Shown one piece after another: positions 10,264 through 17,910 of a stretch of 62,286 bases of DNA. The translations under genes and the position numbers were made by a program. How positions within the stretch are numbered: the first letter of the stretch is position 1; each line of letters opens with the position of its first letter. The DNA comes from Pseudomonadota bacterium. GTDB lineage: Archaea > Thermoplasmatota > SW-10-69-26 > JACQPN01 > JAJPHT01. The notes under the pieces were generated by a model. The model was given only the letters and a program-made list of their open reading frames with translations. It was not told the origin of the DNA and searched no databases. The DNA lies in contig JAJPHT010000012.1 of NCBI GenBank assembly GCA_021325135.1, positions 1-62,286 on the forward strand. Reading direction: 5' to 3'.

Positions 10264-10301
10264 CGCGCGGCATGGTTGACCGTAACCCATGATATTGGAC
10301 C
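10264..10301 (+). promoter_or_regulatory. Repeated promoter/operator, copy 2
   Basis: CGCGCGGCATGGTTGACCGTAACCCATGATATTGGACC, same spacing to ATG 10320 as copy 1 has to ATG 9620. Confidence 0.7.
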
Positions 10302-10439
10302 ACGCCGTAGGCCAGGCGCATGGACGTTCACCAGGCGCCCGCGCTCCTCCTCTCCCTCCTCGTCGGCTCCCTCGTCCTCGTCGCGCTCCTGGGCCTCCTG
10401 CCAGTCGGCCCCGCCCGCGCCGGTTGCCTTGCCGGTGAA

Positions 10440-10820
10440 GATCCCGACGACGATCCCCGCCGCCGTGCGCGTCACGATCCCGACGCACACGACGTGCGCG
10501 GACTCCGTCACGATCTGGACGGACTCGCGCTCTACGATCCGCCCCGCGCGCTTCTCCGCGGCGAGGATCGCCACGATCCCCACGAACACCGCCACGGGCC
10601 GGACGATCCGCGCCAGGATCACGACGAACCCCGCCGCGTTCGCCACGATCCCGACGCACGCGCCCACGATCCACACGACGAACCGCACGCGGTTCCCGTC
10701 AGAATCGAGCCCGATCCCGTCAGGAAGTACGATCCGACTCCGGCTGGATCGCACTTCGCTGCGTCGGAATCGAGTTCGATTCCGTCAGGAAGTGCGATCC
10801 CGGATCGCACTTTTGGATCG
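10440..10820. repeat. ACGATC/GATC-rich low-complexity repeat tract
   Basis: About 17 GATC by hand count, 9 of them as ACGATC, with ACGATC spacings all multiples of 3. Confidence 0.8.
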
Positions 10821-11238
10821 GACTCGACGCACCCGAAGCCGAGCCCTCGACGTGCCGCGCGCCTGTGGGCCTGGCTTGCGTCACGTTCGGCACACCCGCT
10901 CCGAAGGTTCAAGATGCCTCACGCGAACAAGGATGGCGGCGCTCGCCGCCTTCGACGCGGCGAGGACAACCACGCGCCGCCGGCCATGCCCGGCGCGCGG
11001 GGGCACACCGCCCGCGAGCATTCGGGCCGCGGGATGGGAGCCGGCACGGTTCTACCGCCGGCCTCGCCCACCCGCAAAGGCGGGTCCAACTTCCTCGCCC
11101 TCGTCTCGTCGGCTGCGATCCACGCCAAGGATCGTGACCAGTCCTTGCCGACGCTTCGGCCCTCCCCTAGCTCGCCCCATGTCTCACCCTCGACCGTCGC
11201 ACCCGCAACGCGCGCCTGCGAGCCTTCGCGCAAGCCCA

Positions 11239-11356
11239 GGACCCGAGCTTGGCTCGTATTCTTGACTCCAACTCGGGTCCATTCTCATGGCAATTCGCGC
11301 CGTGGCCCCTTGCCGAATAGTAGAACCCTAGTGCTACTATTCGGACTGGGCCACGG
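11239..11356 (+). repeat. Bipartite hairpin unit C
   Basis: GGACCCGAG(C)TTGG/CCAACTCGGGTCC stem with loop CTCGTATTCTTGACT; long hairpin 11300-11356. Confidence 0.85.
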
Positions 11357-11560
11357 ACGCAGCGATAATCCCACTGGAAACCGGAGCCCGAAACCAACCC
11401 ATGACCCACGGCCCGGACCCGATCTAGGCCGAGCGGAACCAAGATGCACAACCTCGCAGCGAACCGACCGCCGCATGGTCCTTCGCCGCGCCCCCGGCTT
11501 CCTCCTCACGATCTGCACCGCGATCCGGCGCACGCGCGCCGCCTGCTCTCGAAGCCCTCG

Positions 11561-11697
11561 GCCAACTTTGGGGCGCTATCCTGACTCCCCAAAGTTGGCA
11601 AACCCGAAAAAAGGCACCCGCCGTCCCACGTCGAGTATCCTACCTATCGAAGATAGTAGTAGGATACTAGTAACGTGGTCGGCAGGGTGGAACGCCT
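11561..11697 (+). repeat. Bipartite hairpin unit B (homolog of unit A)
   Basis: Perfect 13-bp stem with loop CGCTATCCTGACT; 86-nt hairpin 11612-11697. Confidence 0.9.
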
Positions 11698-12113
11698 CTT
11701 CGGGATCGACGCCACACCCAACACCACCCCCAACCTTCGGGCCGGTGCGGAAGCCGGAAGTAGTACCGGAACGCGACCCCGCCCCCGTGTCCTTCGCTCT
11801 CCTCGTCGCCACGATCCCCGCGGCCCCCTCGCCCGCCATCCTCGCCAAGCTCGCCGCCCTCCTGGGCCTCGCCCTGGTCGCCCTCGTCCTGCTCCCGCCC
11901 CGGCGCGAGCGCGACCGCGCGCCGCCCCACCAGGGCGACGACGCGCACGACGACGGCGGCGCGGAGGCGGCCCGCGTGCTGCACGAGGACCACGGCGCGC
12001 ACGTCGGCGCGACGATCTACGCGACGACACAACCCGCCTTGTGTTCGACGCCACCCACGCCAAGGCGGGGCCGGCGCCAGGACCCAGGCCAGGAAAATCT
12101 CTCTCTCCGCGCG

Positions 12114-12451
12114 CTCCTCCCCTTTCTTGACTCAATGGGTAGCGCGCACGACGACGCCTCCTCCGGCGCCGTCACCGTGACGGAGAGCCCGCGCTCCCGG
12201 CCCAAGCTGGGCCGCGCCCTCTCATGGACTGAAGAAAGAGTAGAGATTCAGCAAAAAAAGAAAAACCGCGCCGCCTCGGCCCGCGCCCAGGTGCCGGCTC
12301 CTGGCACCGGCTCCCGGCTCGTCCTGGGGCTCCAGAAGATGTGTGAGAGATGCGGAACGCTACTCTTTCTTCATTCCATGAGGCGCGCGAGCCATCATGC
12401 CTCCGCAGGATCGCCGCGCCGCCTCTCATGGAGTCAAGACAAGGGGAGAGC
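12114..12451. repeat. Four related ~20-bp motifs in alternating orientation
   Basis: 12221-12243 and 12360-12382 are 22/23 inverted repeats; ~12120 (+) and ~12427-12450 (-) both contain TCTTGACTC. Confidence 0.8.
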
Positions 12452-12567
12452 CCCACCCACGCACAAGCACGCCACGAGCTCTAGGCGCTGCGCCCTGGCA
12501 ACTAGTTGCCAAGCCGAAAGACCGCGGAACAGTACCCGGCTAATACTACCTGACCAACCAGGGAAGG

Positions 12568-12909
12568 ATGAGACTCCCCGCCTTCGCGCTCCTCGCGCTC
12601 GCGGCGATCCTCGCGCCCACCCGGAAGGAGGCCGGCGCCATGCTGGAGCCTGACGGCCTCTCCTCGATCCTGCCCGACGCCGAGGAGCGCCGCCGCTACC
12701 TCTCGACGCTCCACCGCCTGTCAATGGGGCACGTCACGCCTGCGCGCCTCGCGGAGCGCGCGAAGCTCATGCACCGCGCCGCCCAGGTCCGCGCCGCGCT
12801 GCGCGCTGACCCGCGCTTCACCCGCGTCCGCGAGCCCGCGGGCGGTCCCGAACGCTATGCGCTTCGGCCCGAGCACCGCCACGGGACGCGCCAGGAGGCG
12901 AAGGCGTGA
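12568..12909 (+). CDS. Hypothetical protein
   Basis: High-GC3 codon usage; stop overlaps the next GTG; alternative start at ATG 12640 after GGAGG. Confidence 0.65.
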   Translation: MRLPAFALLALAAILAPTRKEAGAMLEPDGLSSILPDAEERRRYLSTLHRLSMGHVTPARLAERAKLMHRAAQVRAALRADPRFTRVREPAGGPERYALRPEHRHGTRQEAKA

Positions 12910-13082
12910 CGCGCTATCGTTTCGCCTTGTGGCCGCCCTCCGAAGCCTGGAGGAACGGCTACCTGTGGGGCGCCCCGCTCCCAACCTTCCGCGCGAAGTA
13001 CCCCGAGAAGGTCAAGGAACACGGCGCTCCCTTGCGCGTGTGGGACACGGACAACGACAAGAAGCAGGCCGAGGCGGACTAG
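12906..13082 (+). CDS. Small hypothetical protein (58 aa, not in ORF track)
   Basis: GTGA coupling to the upstream gene; MTRYRFALWPPSEAWRNGYLWGAPLPTFRAKYPEKVKEHGAPLRVWDTDNDKKQAEAD. Confidence 0.6.
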   Translation: MTRYRFALWPPSEAWRNGYLWGAPLPTFRAKYPEKVKEHGAPLRVWDTDNDKKQAEAD

Positions 13083-13282
13083 GCGCCGCGTCTCGTGGTA
13101 TGCGAGCGGGGATGGGACTTCCCGCCGCTGACTTGCGCTTTGCCGGTCTTTGCGTCCGTGTTCTTGCTGGCCGTCCGCTTCACAAAGTCGGCGTAGCTCT
13201 CCGGCTCGCTGAAGCCCTCTGCGTGGCTTGCGTAGCTTTCGGGGAAGCGCGAGGGGTCGCGCGAGCGGGACGCACGTCTCAT
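13079..13282 (-). CDS. Small basic hypothetical protein
   Basis: Tandem PESYA repeat; shares a CTAG convergent stop with the 12906 ORF. Confidence 0.45.
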   Translation of the reverse strand: MRRASRSRDPSRFPESYASHAEGFSEPESYADFVKRTASKNTDAKTGKAQVSGGKSHPRSHTTRRGA

Positions 13283-13369
13283 CTTGGGTCCCTATGGGTC
13301 GTCCACGCAGTTCAACAACATGGACGCCGGGCGCAAGCTTGCCTAGGTGCGGTCGGCCCTGTGGGGCGC

Positions 13370-13639
13370 TTAGGGCTTCTGGACGCTCCAGCCTTCACCC
13401 TTCTCGCGGGGGGCTTGCAAGATGCCAAGGACGCTGCCTTCGGGGTCCGTCACGGCCCAGGCTCCCCCCTTCGCGGGAGCCCACACGAGGCGAGCCAAGG
13501 CGGGCTCATGCGGCGAGCGTGAGAAGGGCGCCCCGTTGAGGAGGTCCGCCGCGGTGCGCGCGTCCATCTCCGCTTTCGTGAAGGCGGCGGCGATCTGGTG
13601 CAGCCGTTCGTTGACCAAACGATGCGCCGGAGCCTCCAT
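13370..13639 (-). CDS. Hypothetical protein
   Basis: ATG 13639 MEAPAHRLVNERLHQIAAAF..; protein-like composition; lies downstream of the integrase. Confidence 0.55.
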   Translation of the reverse strand: MEAPAHRLVNERLHQIAAAFTKAEMDARTAADLLNGAPFSRSPHEPALARLVWAPAKGGAWAVTDPEGSVLGILQAPREKGEGWSVQKP

Positions 13640-13881
13640 AGGCGAGCCGCGAAGCAGGGCGGCCCCTCTTGATCCCATCGAACCTGCACCGCCCGCGAAG
13701 CCAAAAGCGCACGCGCCAAGGGCAAGGCTCGCGCCCGTTGAAGAGGAGGAGCCACCGCGTCCCTGTGTGGGAGGCCGGAGGCGCAAGACCCAAGAAGGAA
13801 GGCCACGGATGGCCTGCCCGGGCCGGGGTCTGAAGCCTCCTCGCACAACCTTCTTCCCCGGCCTCCTACTCCCTGCGCGAT

Positions 13882-15051
13882 CTAGACCGCGCCCGCCTTC
13901 ACCGCGCGCAGCAGGCCCGCCACCGTCTGCGCGGTGGCACGGCTTGGCATCGCCCGCTCCCAAATCTCACGCGCACCCACCACCGGCATACAGCGGTCGT
14001 ACCAATAGCGAACCTCGGGGATGCCCTCGACCTTGCCAAACTTCGTGTAGTGGCCTTGCGTCGTGTCGGGCGTGTTCTCGTTGCGGCTCAACAGCGAGTC
14101 GCCGCGCAGCACGGCCACGATATGCGAGGGGCAGCCGGAGGGCGCGGTGGGCCGCTTGCGCTTCAAGCAGCTGGTGAAGCTCCTGCGCGCCGTGTGCATC
14201 GTGATCTCCGTCTCGCGGTTCTTCACGGTCTTGGCAAGCGGGCTGTTGGCGACGATCCGCTTGATCCACTTGCCAAGCTGGTTCGCGGTAATGTGCCGGT
14301 TCTTGCCCTGCGGGCTCGGCATCAAGTAAGGGTTGCCGGGGTGGTCGCGCTTGTTGCGCTCGACCTTGAGCCGCAGGAAAAACTCTAGCTCCTCGTCAAA
14401 GTAGGCGCGCAGGTAGGTGCGGCGCGGGTGGGGATCAAGCTCGATGGTACGCGATTGCCAGTCGATCCGATCCATGCGGATTCCGGCAAACTCCTCTCGG
14501 CGCACGCCGAGCTTGAACGGGCCGAGGACGGTCAAGAAGTCGTCCAACGACTCGCAGCCAAGGAGGAGTTGCGCGACTTCGCCTTCATCGAGCGCGCGCA
14601 GGTCGGGATGCAGCGCGGCGCGGTTCTTGCGCTTGAACACGCGGATGAGCGGGAAGAACGGGTTCTGCGTGGCGAGGCCGCGCACGTCGCGCAGGTAGTT
14701 GAACAGGCTGCTTCCCTGGAGAATGTGAAGAAGGACGCTCGTGGCCTTCAACGCGCCCTTCTTCGTGCGGCCTTCGTAGTCCGCCGTGGGGAGCCACGAG
14801 ACGTAACGCTGCGCCTCGGTCCGGTCGATGCTCAGAAGGTGCAGCTTCTGGCGCTCGCAATACTCCACAAGATGCTTGCTCGTCTTGCGCCACGCCTTGA
14901 GCGTGTCCGACACGCATTCGACTTCCGCGACCTTGAGCCAGTCGTCCACAAGCTGACGGCTCGTGTATTGGCGCCGCGCTGCCTCCGCAAGCTTCGCTTG
15001 GTACTCGCGGTTAAGCTCCTCAATCGTGGCGATACCCCGCGCGTTCGCCAC
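13882..15051 (-). CDS. Tyrosine recombinase/integrase, archaeal LRGD type
   Basis: N-terminal SAM-like core-binding region; GVRREE (R), HTARR (HxxR), LRGD in place of LLGH, GHYTK (Y). Confidence 0.92.
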   Translation of the reverse strand: MANARGIATIEELNREYQAKLAEAARRQYTSRQLVDDWLKVAEVECVSDTLKAWRKTSKHLVEYCERQKLHLLSIDRTEAQRYVSWLPTADYEGRTKKGALKATSVLLHILQGSSLFNYLRDVRGLATQNPFFPLIRVFKRKNRAALHPDLRALDEGEVAQLLLGCESLDDFLTVLGPFKLGVRREEFAGIRMDRIDWQSRTIELDPHPRRTYLRAYFDEELEFFLRLKVERNKRDHPGNPYLMPSPQGKNRHITANQLGKWIKRIVANSPLAKTVKNRETEITMHTARRSFTSCLKRKRPTAPSGCPSHIVAVLRGDSLLSRNENTPDTTQGHYTKFGKVEGIPEVRYWYDRCMPVVGAREIWERAMPSRATAQTVAGLLRAVKAGAV

Positions 15052-15825
15052 CTAGGCCACCTCCTCCATCGGCTCGGGCTGCTTCGCCAAGCGATACCGC
15101 ATGTCCTTGCCCTTCGTGATGAGGTCAAGCCTGCTCGCGCCCTTGATCGCGTCCCCCGCCTCAACCTCCGTCAAGCCCTCCGACATGAGGCGTTCGACCA
15201 ACTCGGGGCGGCGCAGGCCCGCCGACACGGACAGGGCCTTGACGATCAGGAGCGTGGGCCGGGGGATCGCCTCGACTTCCGCGCCCGCGCTCATCGCGCG
15301 CTCCCGGTTGCCCTGGTCGGTCCTGGCGAGGTCCACGACGTAGCCCGCCAAGCTCTGCGCGCGCTCCGTCGCGTCGGTGAGGCGGCGCTCCAAGTCCGCC
15401 GCGTGCTTCTCCGCGTCGTCCCGGTCCCGCGTGGCGTCGTCGCGCTCCCGCGTGAGCTCTAGGACCCGCTTCTCAAGCTCGGCCACCCGGCCCGCGTCCT
15501 GCGGGTTCCCCATGAGTCCCGCCGCGAAGCTCGGATCGCGCAGGCGGCAATACTGGAGGAAAAGCAGGGGGTCCTTGCGCGCGCCCAGGATGAAGCGCGC
15601 GTATGCGCTCGCGTCGGGCCGCCGCTGGCTCCCCCCTGGGCTGTGCTGGCGGGCCTCCTCCTCAAAGGCCGCCTTCTCCTGGGCGCTGAGATAGACCTTC
15701 AGGAAGATGCGCTTCCCGCTCGCCTCCTCTTCCTCGACGGGCGCCGGGGCGGGGGCGGGAAGCGGGTGGTGGTGAAGGGCGCTGGCACGCTTGGCGACGA
15801 ACATAGGCTTCTTGTCTCCGGGCAT
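15052..15825 (-). CDS. Integrase-associated RHH + coiled-coil + wHTH protein
   Basis: LKVYLSAQEKAAFEEEA..SAYARFIL RHH-like segment, heptad region, C-terminal wHTH; TAG abuts the integrase GTG; start uncertain. Confidence 0.75.
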   Translation of the reverse strand: MPGDKKPMFVAKRASALHHHPLPAPAPAPVEEEEASGKRIFLKVYLSAQEKAAFEEEARQHSPGGSQRRPDASAYARFILGARKDPLLFLQYCRLRDPSFAAGLMGNPQDAGRVAELEKRVLELTRERDDATRDRDDAEKHAADLERRLTDATERAQSLAGYVVDLARTDQGNRERAMSAGAEVEAIPRPTLLIVKALSVSAGLRRPELVERLMSEGLTEVEAGDAIKGASRLDLITKGKDMRYRLAKQPEPMEEVA

Positions 15826-15954
15826 CCGGAGTCCCACGCCAAGGGGGGCGACCCGACTACTAAGGCGGTCGCCGGAACCCGCAAGAACCCCCAAACACGG
15901 GTTCCCCTGCGGGCACCTTGAGAGGACTCCAAGAGGCCCGCATAGTCATAGGAG

Positions 15955-16093
15955 CTACGACTACCCGCGGCGCATCACGCTCTCGCACCTCGCGGACCGC
16001 CTGGGCATCGCGAAGTCGACGCTCTCGCAGTCGCTCACCATGATCGAAAGCGAGGTCATGAAGACGGCCCGCGCTCCCCCGCGCCACGCTTGA
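15955..16093 (+). pseudogene. 3' remnant of a Bat-like HTH_10 transcriptional regulator
   Basis: YDYPRRITLSHLADRLGIAKSTLSQSL matches HTH_10 (GYYDxPR..LA..LGI.KST); no credible upstream coding part. Confidence 0.8.
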
Positions 16094-16123
16094 GGTCTCC
16101 TGTTCTCTTCTCTCCCTTCTCTT

Positions 16124-16273
16124 GGGGGACTCCGTCCCCCAAACCCCCACAACACCCGAATCTCAGAATCTCCGAATCAGCGCCGCGACAAACACTCGCG
16201 AGTGGTTTTCTCCTCGGGGATTCCGAGATTCGGAGATTCGGGTTTCGCGGGGGTCTGGGGGCGGCAGCCCCCA
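16124..16273. repeat. REP-like palindromic element
   Basis: ACCCGAATCTCAGAATCTCCGAATC ... GATTCCGAGATTCGGAGATTCGGGT inverted arms; GGGGACTCCGTCCCCCAAACCCC also occurs at ~43095. Confidence 0.7.
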
Positions 16274-16286
16274 GGAGATGAAGATA

Positions 16287-17390
16287 TCAATCCTTCTCCG
16301 CCGGGTCCTCCGCCGAAGGAAGCTCCAGCCGCGCGCGCCCGCCGCCCCCGGGCGGGTTCTCCAGGCGCAGCTTGCCTTGGAGGCGCTGCGCGGCGCGGTG
16401 GCTGATGACGAGGCCGAAGCCCGCGCGCAGCGTCGCGGGGCGCGAGCCGGTGAGCTGGTCGAAGCGGCGCAGCACGTCCGCGGGGAAGCCGGGCCCGTTG
16501 TCCTCCACGAGGACGTCCACGCGGCCGGGCGCGGGGCCGGGCTCGGCGCGGATGCGCACGATGGGCGCGGGGGACGCGTTGTGCCTCACGGAGTTCAGGA
16601 TGAGGTTGCCCAGCACCTGCGCGAGGATCACCTCGTCCCCCATGACCGGGGGGATGCCCGGGGCCACCTCCAGCCTCGCGCCGCGCTCGCGCAGCATGGG
16701 CTCGTACTGCGCGCGGCACGCGTCGCCCATGACGACCTCCTCGACGCCCAACGCGCGAGGCGCGGGCACGAGGGAGGAGGCGCGGGAGTACGAGAGCAGG
16801 CCGTGGAGGAGGCGCACCAGGCGGCGGTTCGCGTCGGTGGCCTTGTCCAGGTCGCGGGCGCCCTCCTCGGTGCCCCACGCCTCCTGCGCGGCCTCCAGGT
16901 AGTTCTCGATGGCGCGCACGGGCTCCTTGAGGTCGTGGCTCACGACGTAGCCGAACGCCTCCAGCGCCGCGTTGGCCTCGGTCAGCTCCTCGTTGCGCCG
17001 CTGCAGCTCGGCGGCGCGGTCGCGCAGCGCGCCGCGGAGCCTCTCCTCGCGTCGCCGGATGAGCGCCATGGGGACCGACATGACGGCGCCGATGACCAGC
17101 ATGATGACGACCCCCTGGAGCGTGGCCGGGCTGAGCGTCAGCGGGCTGGCGGGCTCCGACGTGAAGTGGGCGGTGTAGAGGGCGAGGAGGAGCGCGCTCA
17201 GGAGGCCCGGGCCCACGCCTCCGGCGAGGCCCGCGTAGGCGACGGGCAGCAGCGCGACGATGAGGAAGGCGACCGGCACCGGCTCCGGGAGCGTCCAGAG
17301 GGAGAGCTCGGTGAGCGCGATGGCGACCAGCGTCAGCCCCGGTCCGACAAGCGGGCCCCAGCGAGGGGGGGCCTGGTCCTCGGGCGCCAT
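16287..17390 (-). CDS. Membrane sensor histidine kinase
   Basis: N-terminal TMs; SHDLKEP H-box; NLILNS, DNGPG, GFGL boxes. Confidence 0.92.
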   Translation of the reverse strand: MAPEDQAPPRWGPLVGPGLTLVAIALTELSLWTLPEPVPVAFLIVALLPVAYAGLAGGVGPGLLSALLLALYTAHFTSEPASPLTLSPATLQGVVIMLVIGAVMSVPMALIRRREERLRGALRDRAAELQRRNEELTEANAALEAFGYVVSHDLKEPVRAIENYLEAAQEAWGTEEGARDLDKATDANRRLVRLLHGLLSYSRASSLVPAPRALGVEEVVMGDACRAQYEPMLRERGARLEVAPGIPPVMGDEVILAQVLGNLILNSVRHNASPAPIVRIRAEPGPAPGRVDVLVEDNGPGFPADVLRRFDQLTGSRPATLRAGFGLVISHRAAQRLQGKLRLENPPGGGGRARLELPSAEDPAEKD

Positions 17391-17438
17391 CCTGGCAGGG
17401 CAAGGCATCGTCCGAGAATGAATCCGACGGGTTCCCTG

Positions 17439-17870
17439 CTATCGCGACGCGGAGCGCCGGAAGTCGACGCCCAGCGCGCCCTGGATGATGGAGGCCAGGG
17501 GCGCGATCATCTCGTCGAGCCGCATGGGCTTCTCCAGGAAGCCGTGCAGGTCGGCCTCGTCGAGGCGCGGGCCGATCTCGTGGCGCGCGTGGCCCGAGAA
17601 GAGGATGCGCACGGCGCCGGGCAGCCGCCGCTCGATCTCCTCCAGGAGGTCCAGGCCGGTCATGCTCGCGCGCAGGTTGTAGTCCGAGAGCACGACCTCG
17701 GGGTGCACGCGCTCCGCGACGGCGAGCCCCTCCTCGGGGGTGGAGGCGGTGACGACCTCGGCGCGCAGGCCCGCGCGGATGCGGCGCGGCAGCATGTCCG
17801 TCATCAGCGGGTCGTCGTCCACGATGAGGATGCGCACGCCGTCGCCCTCCTGAGCCATGCGCGCCGCCAT
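17439..17870 (-). CDS. Single-domain response regulator
   Basis: ILIVDDD, LSDYNL, EKP motifs. Confidence 0.92.
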   Translation of the reverse strand: MAARMAQEGDGVRILIVDDDPLMTDMLPRRIRAGLRAEVVTASTPEEGLAVAERVHPEVVLSDYNLRASMTGLDLLEEIERRLPGAVRILFSGHARHEIGPRLDEADLHGFLEKPMRLDEMIAPLASIIQGALGVDFRRSASR

Positions 17871-17910
17871 GCGGCCGGAGGAGGGTTAAGCCTTGCCGCT
17901 GGCCACACCT

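Larger units (their letters stand above)
1..15963. mobile_element. Integrated element or genomic island, right part; left end lies outside the window
   Basis: Tyrosine recombinase plus partner gene near the right end; truncated host HTH_10 gene at the junction; cargo ORFs with more A/T-ending codons than host genes; dense hairpin repeats. Confidence 0.75.

Noticed and set aside
8673-12451. CRISPR array or canonical integron attC sites
   Set aside because: No constant repeat-spacer period and no cas genes. The hairpins lack the RYYYAAC...GTTRRRY order, and the recombinase is not recognisably IntI.
10320-12653. 777-aa ORF as one real protein
   Set aside because: It runs through covarying hairpins and most of it lacks protein-like composition. 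Only the start (promoter, TM segment) has support, and long open frames are common at this GC content.
13422-14177. Plus-strand ORF with PVEEEE similar to the 15052 protein
   Set aside because: Antisense to the integrase and the 13370 gene; the short match is likely coincidental
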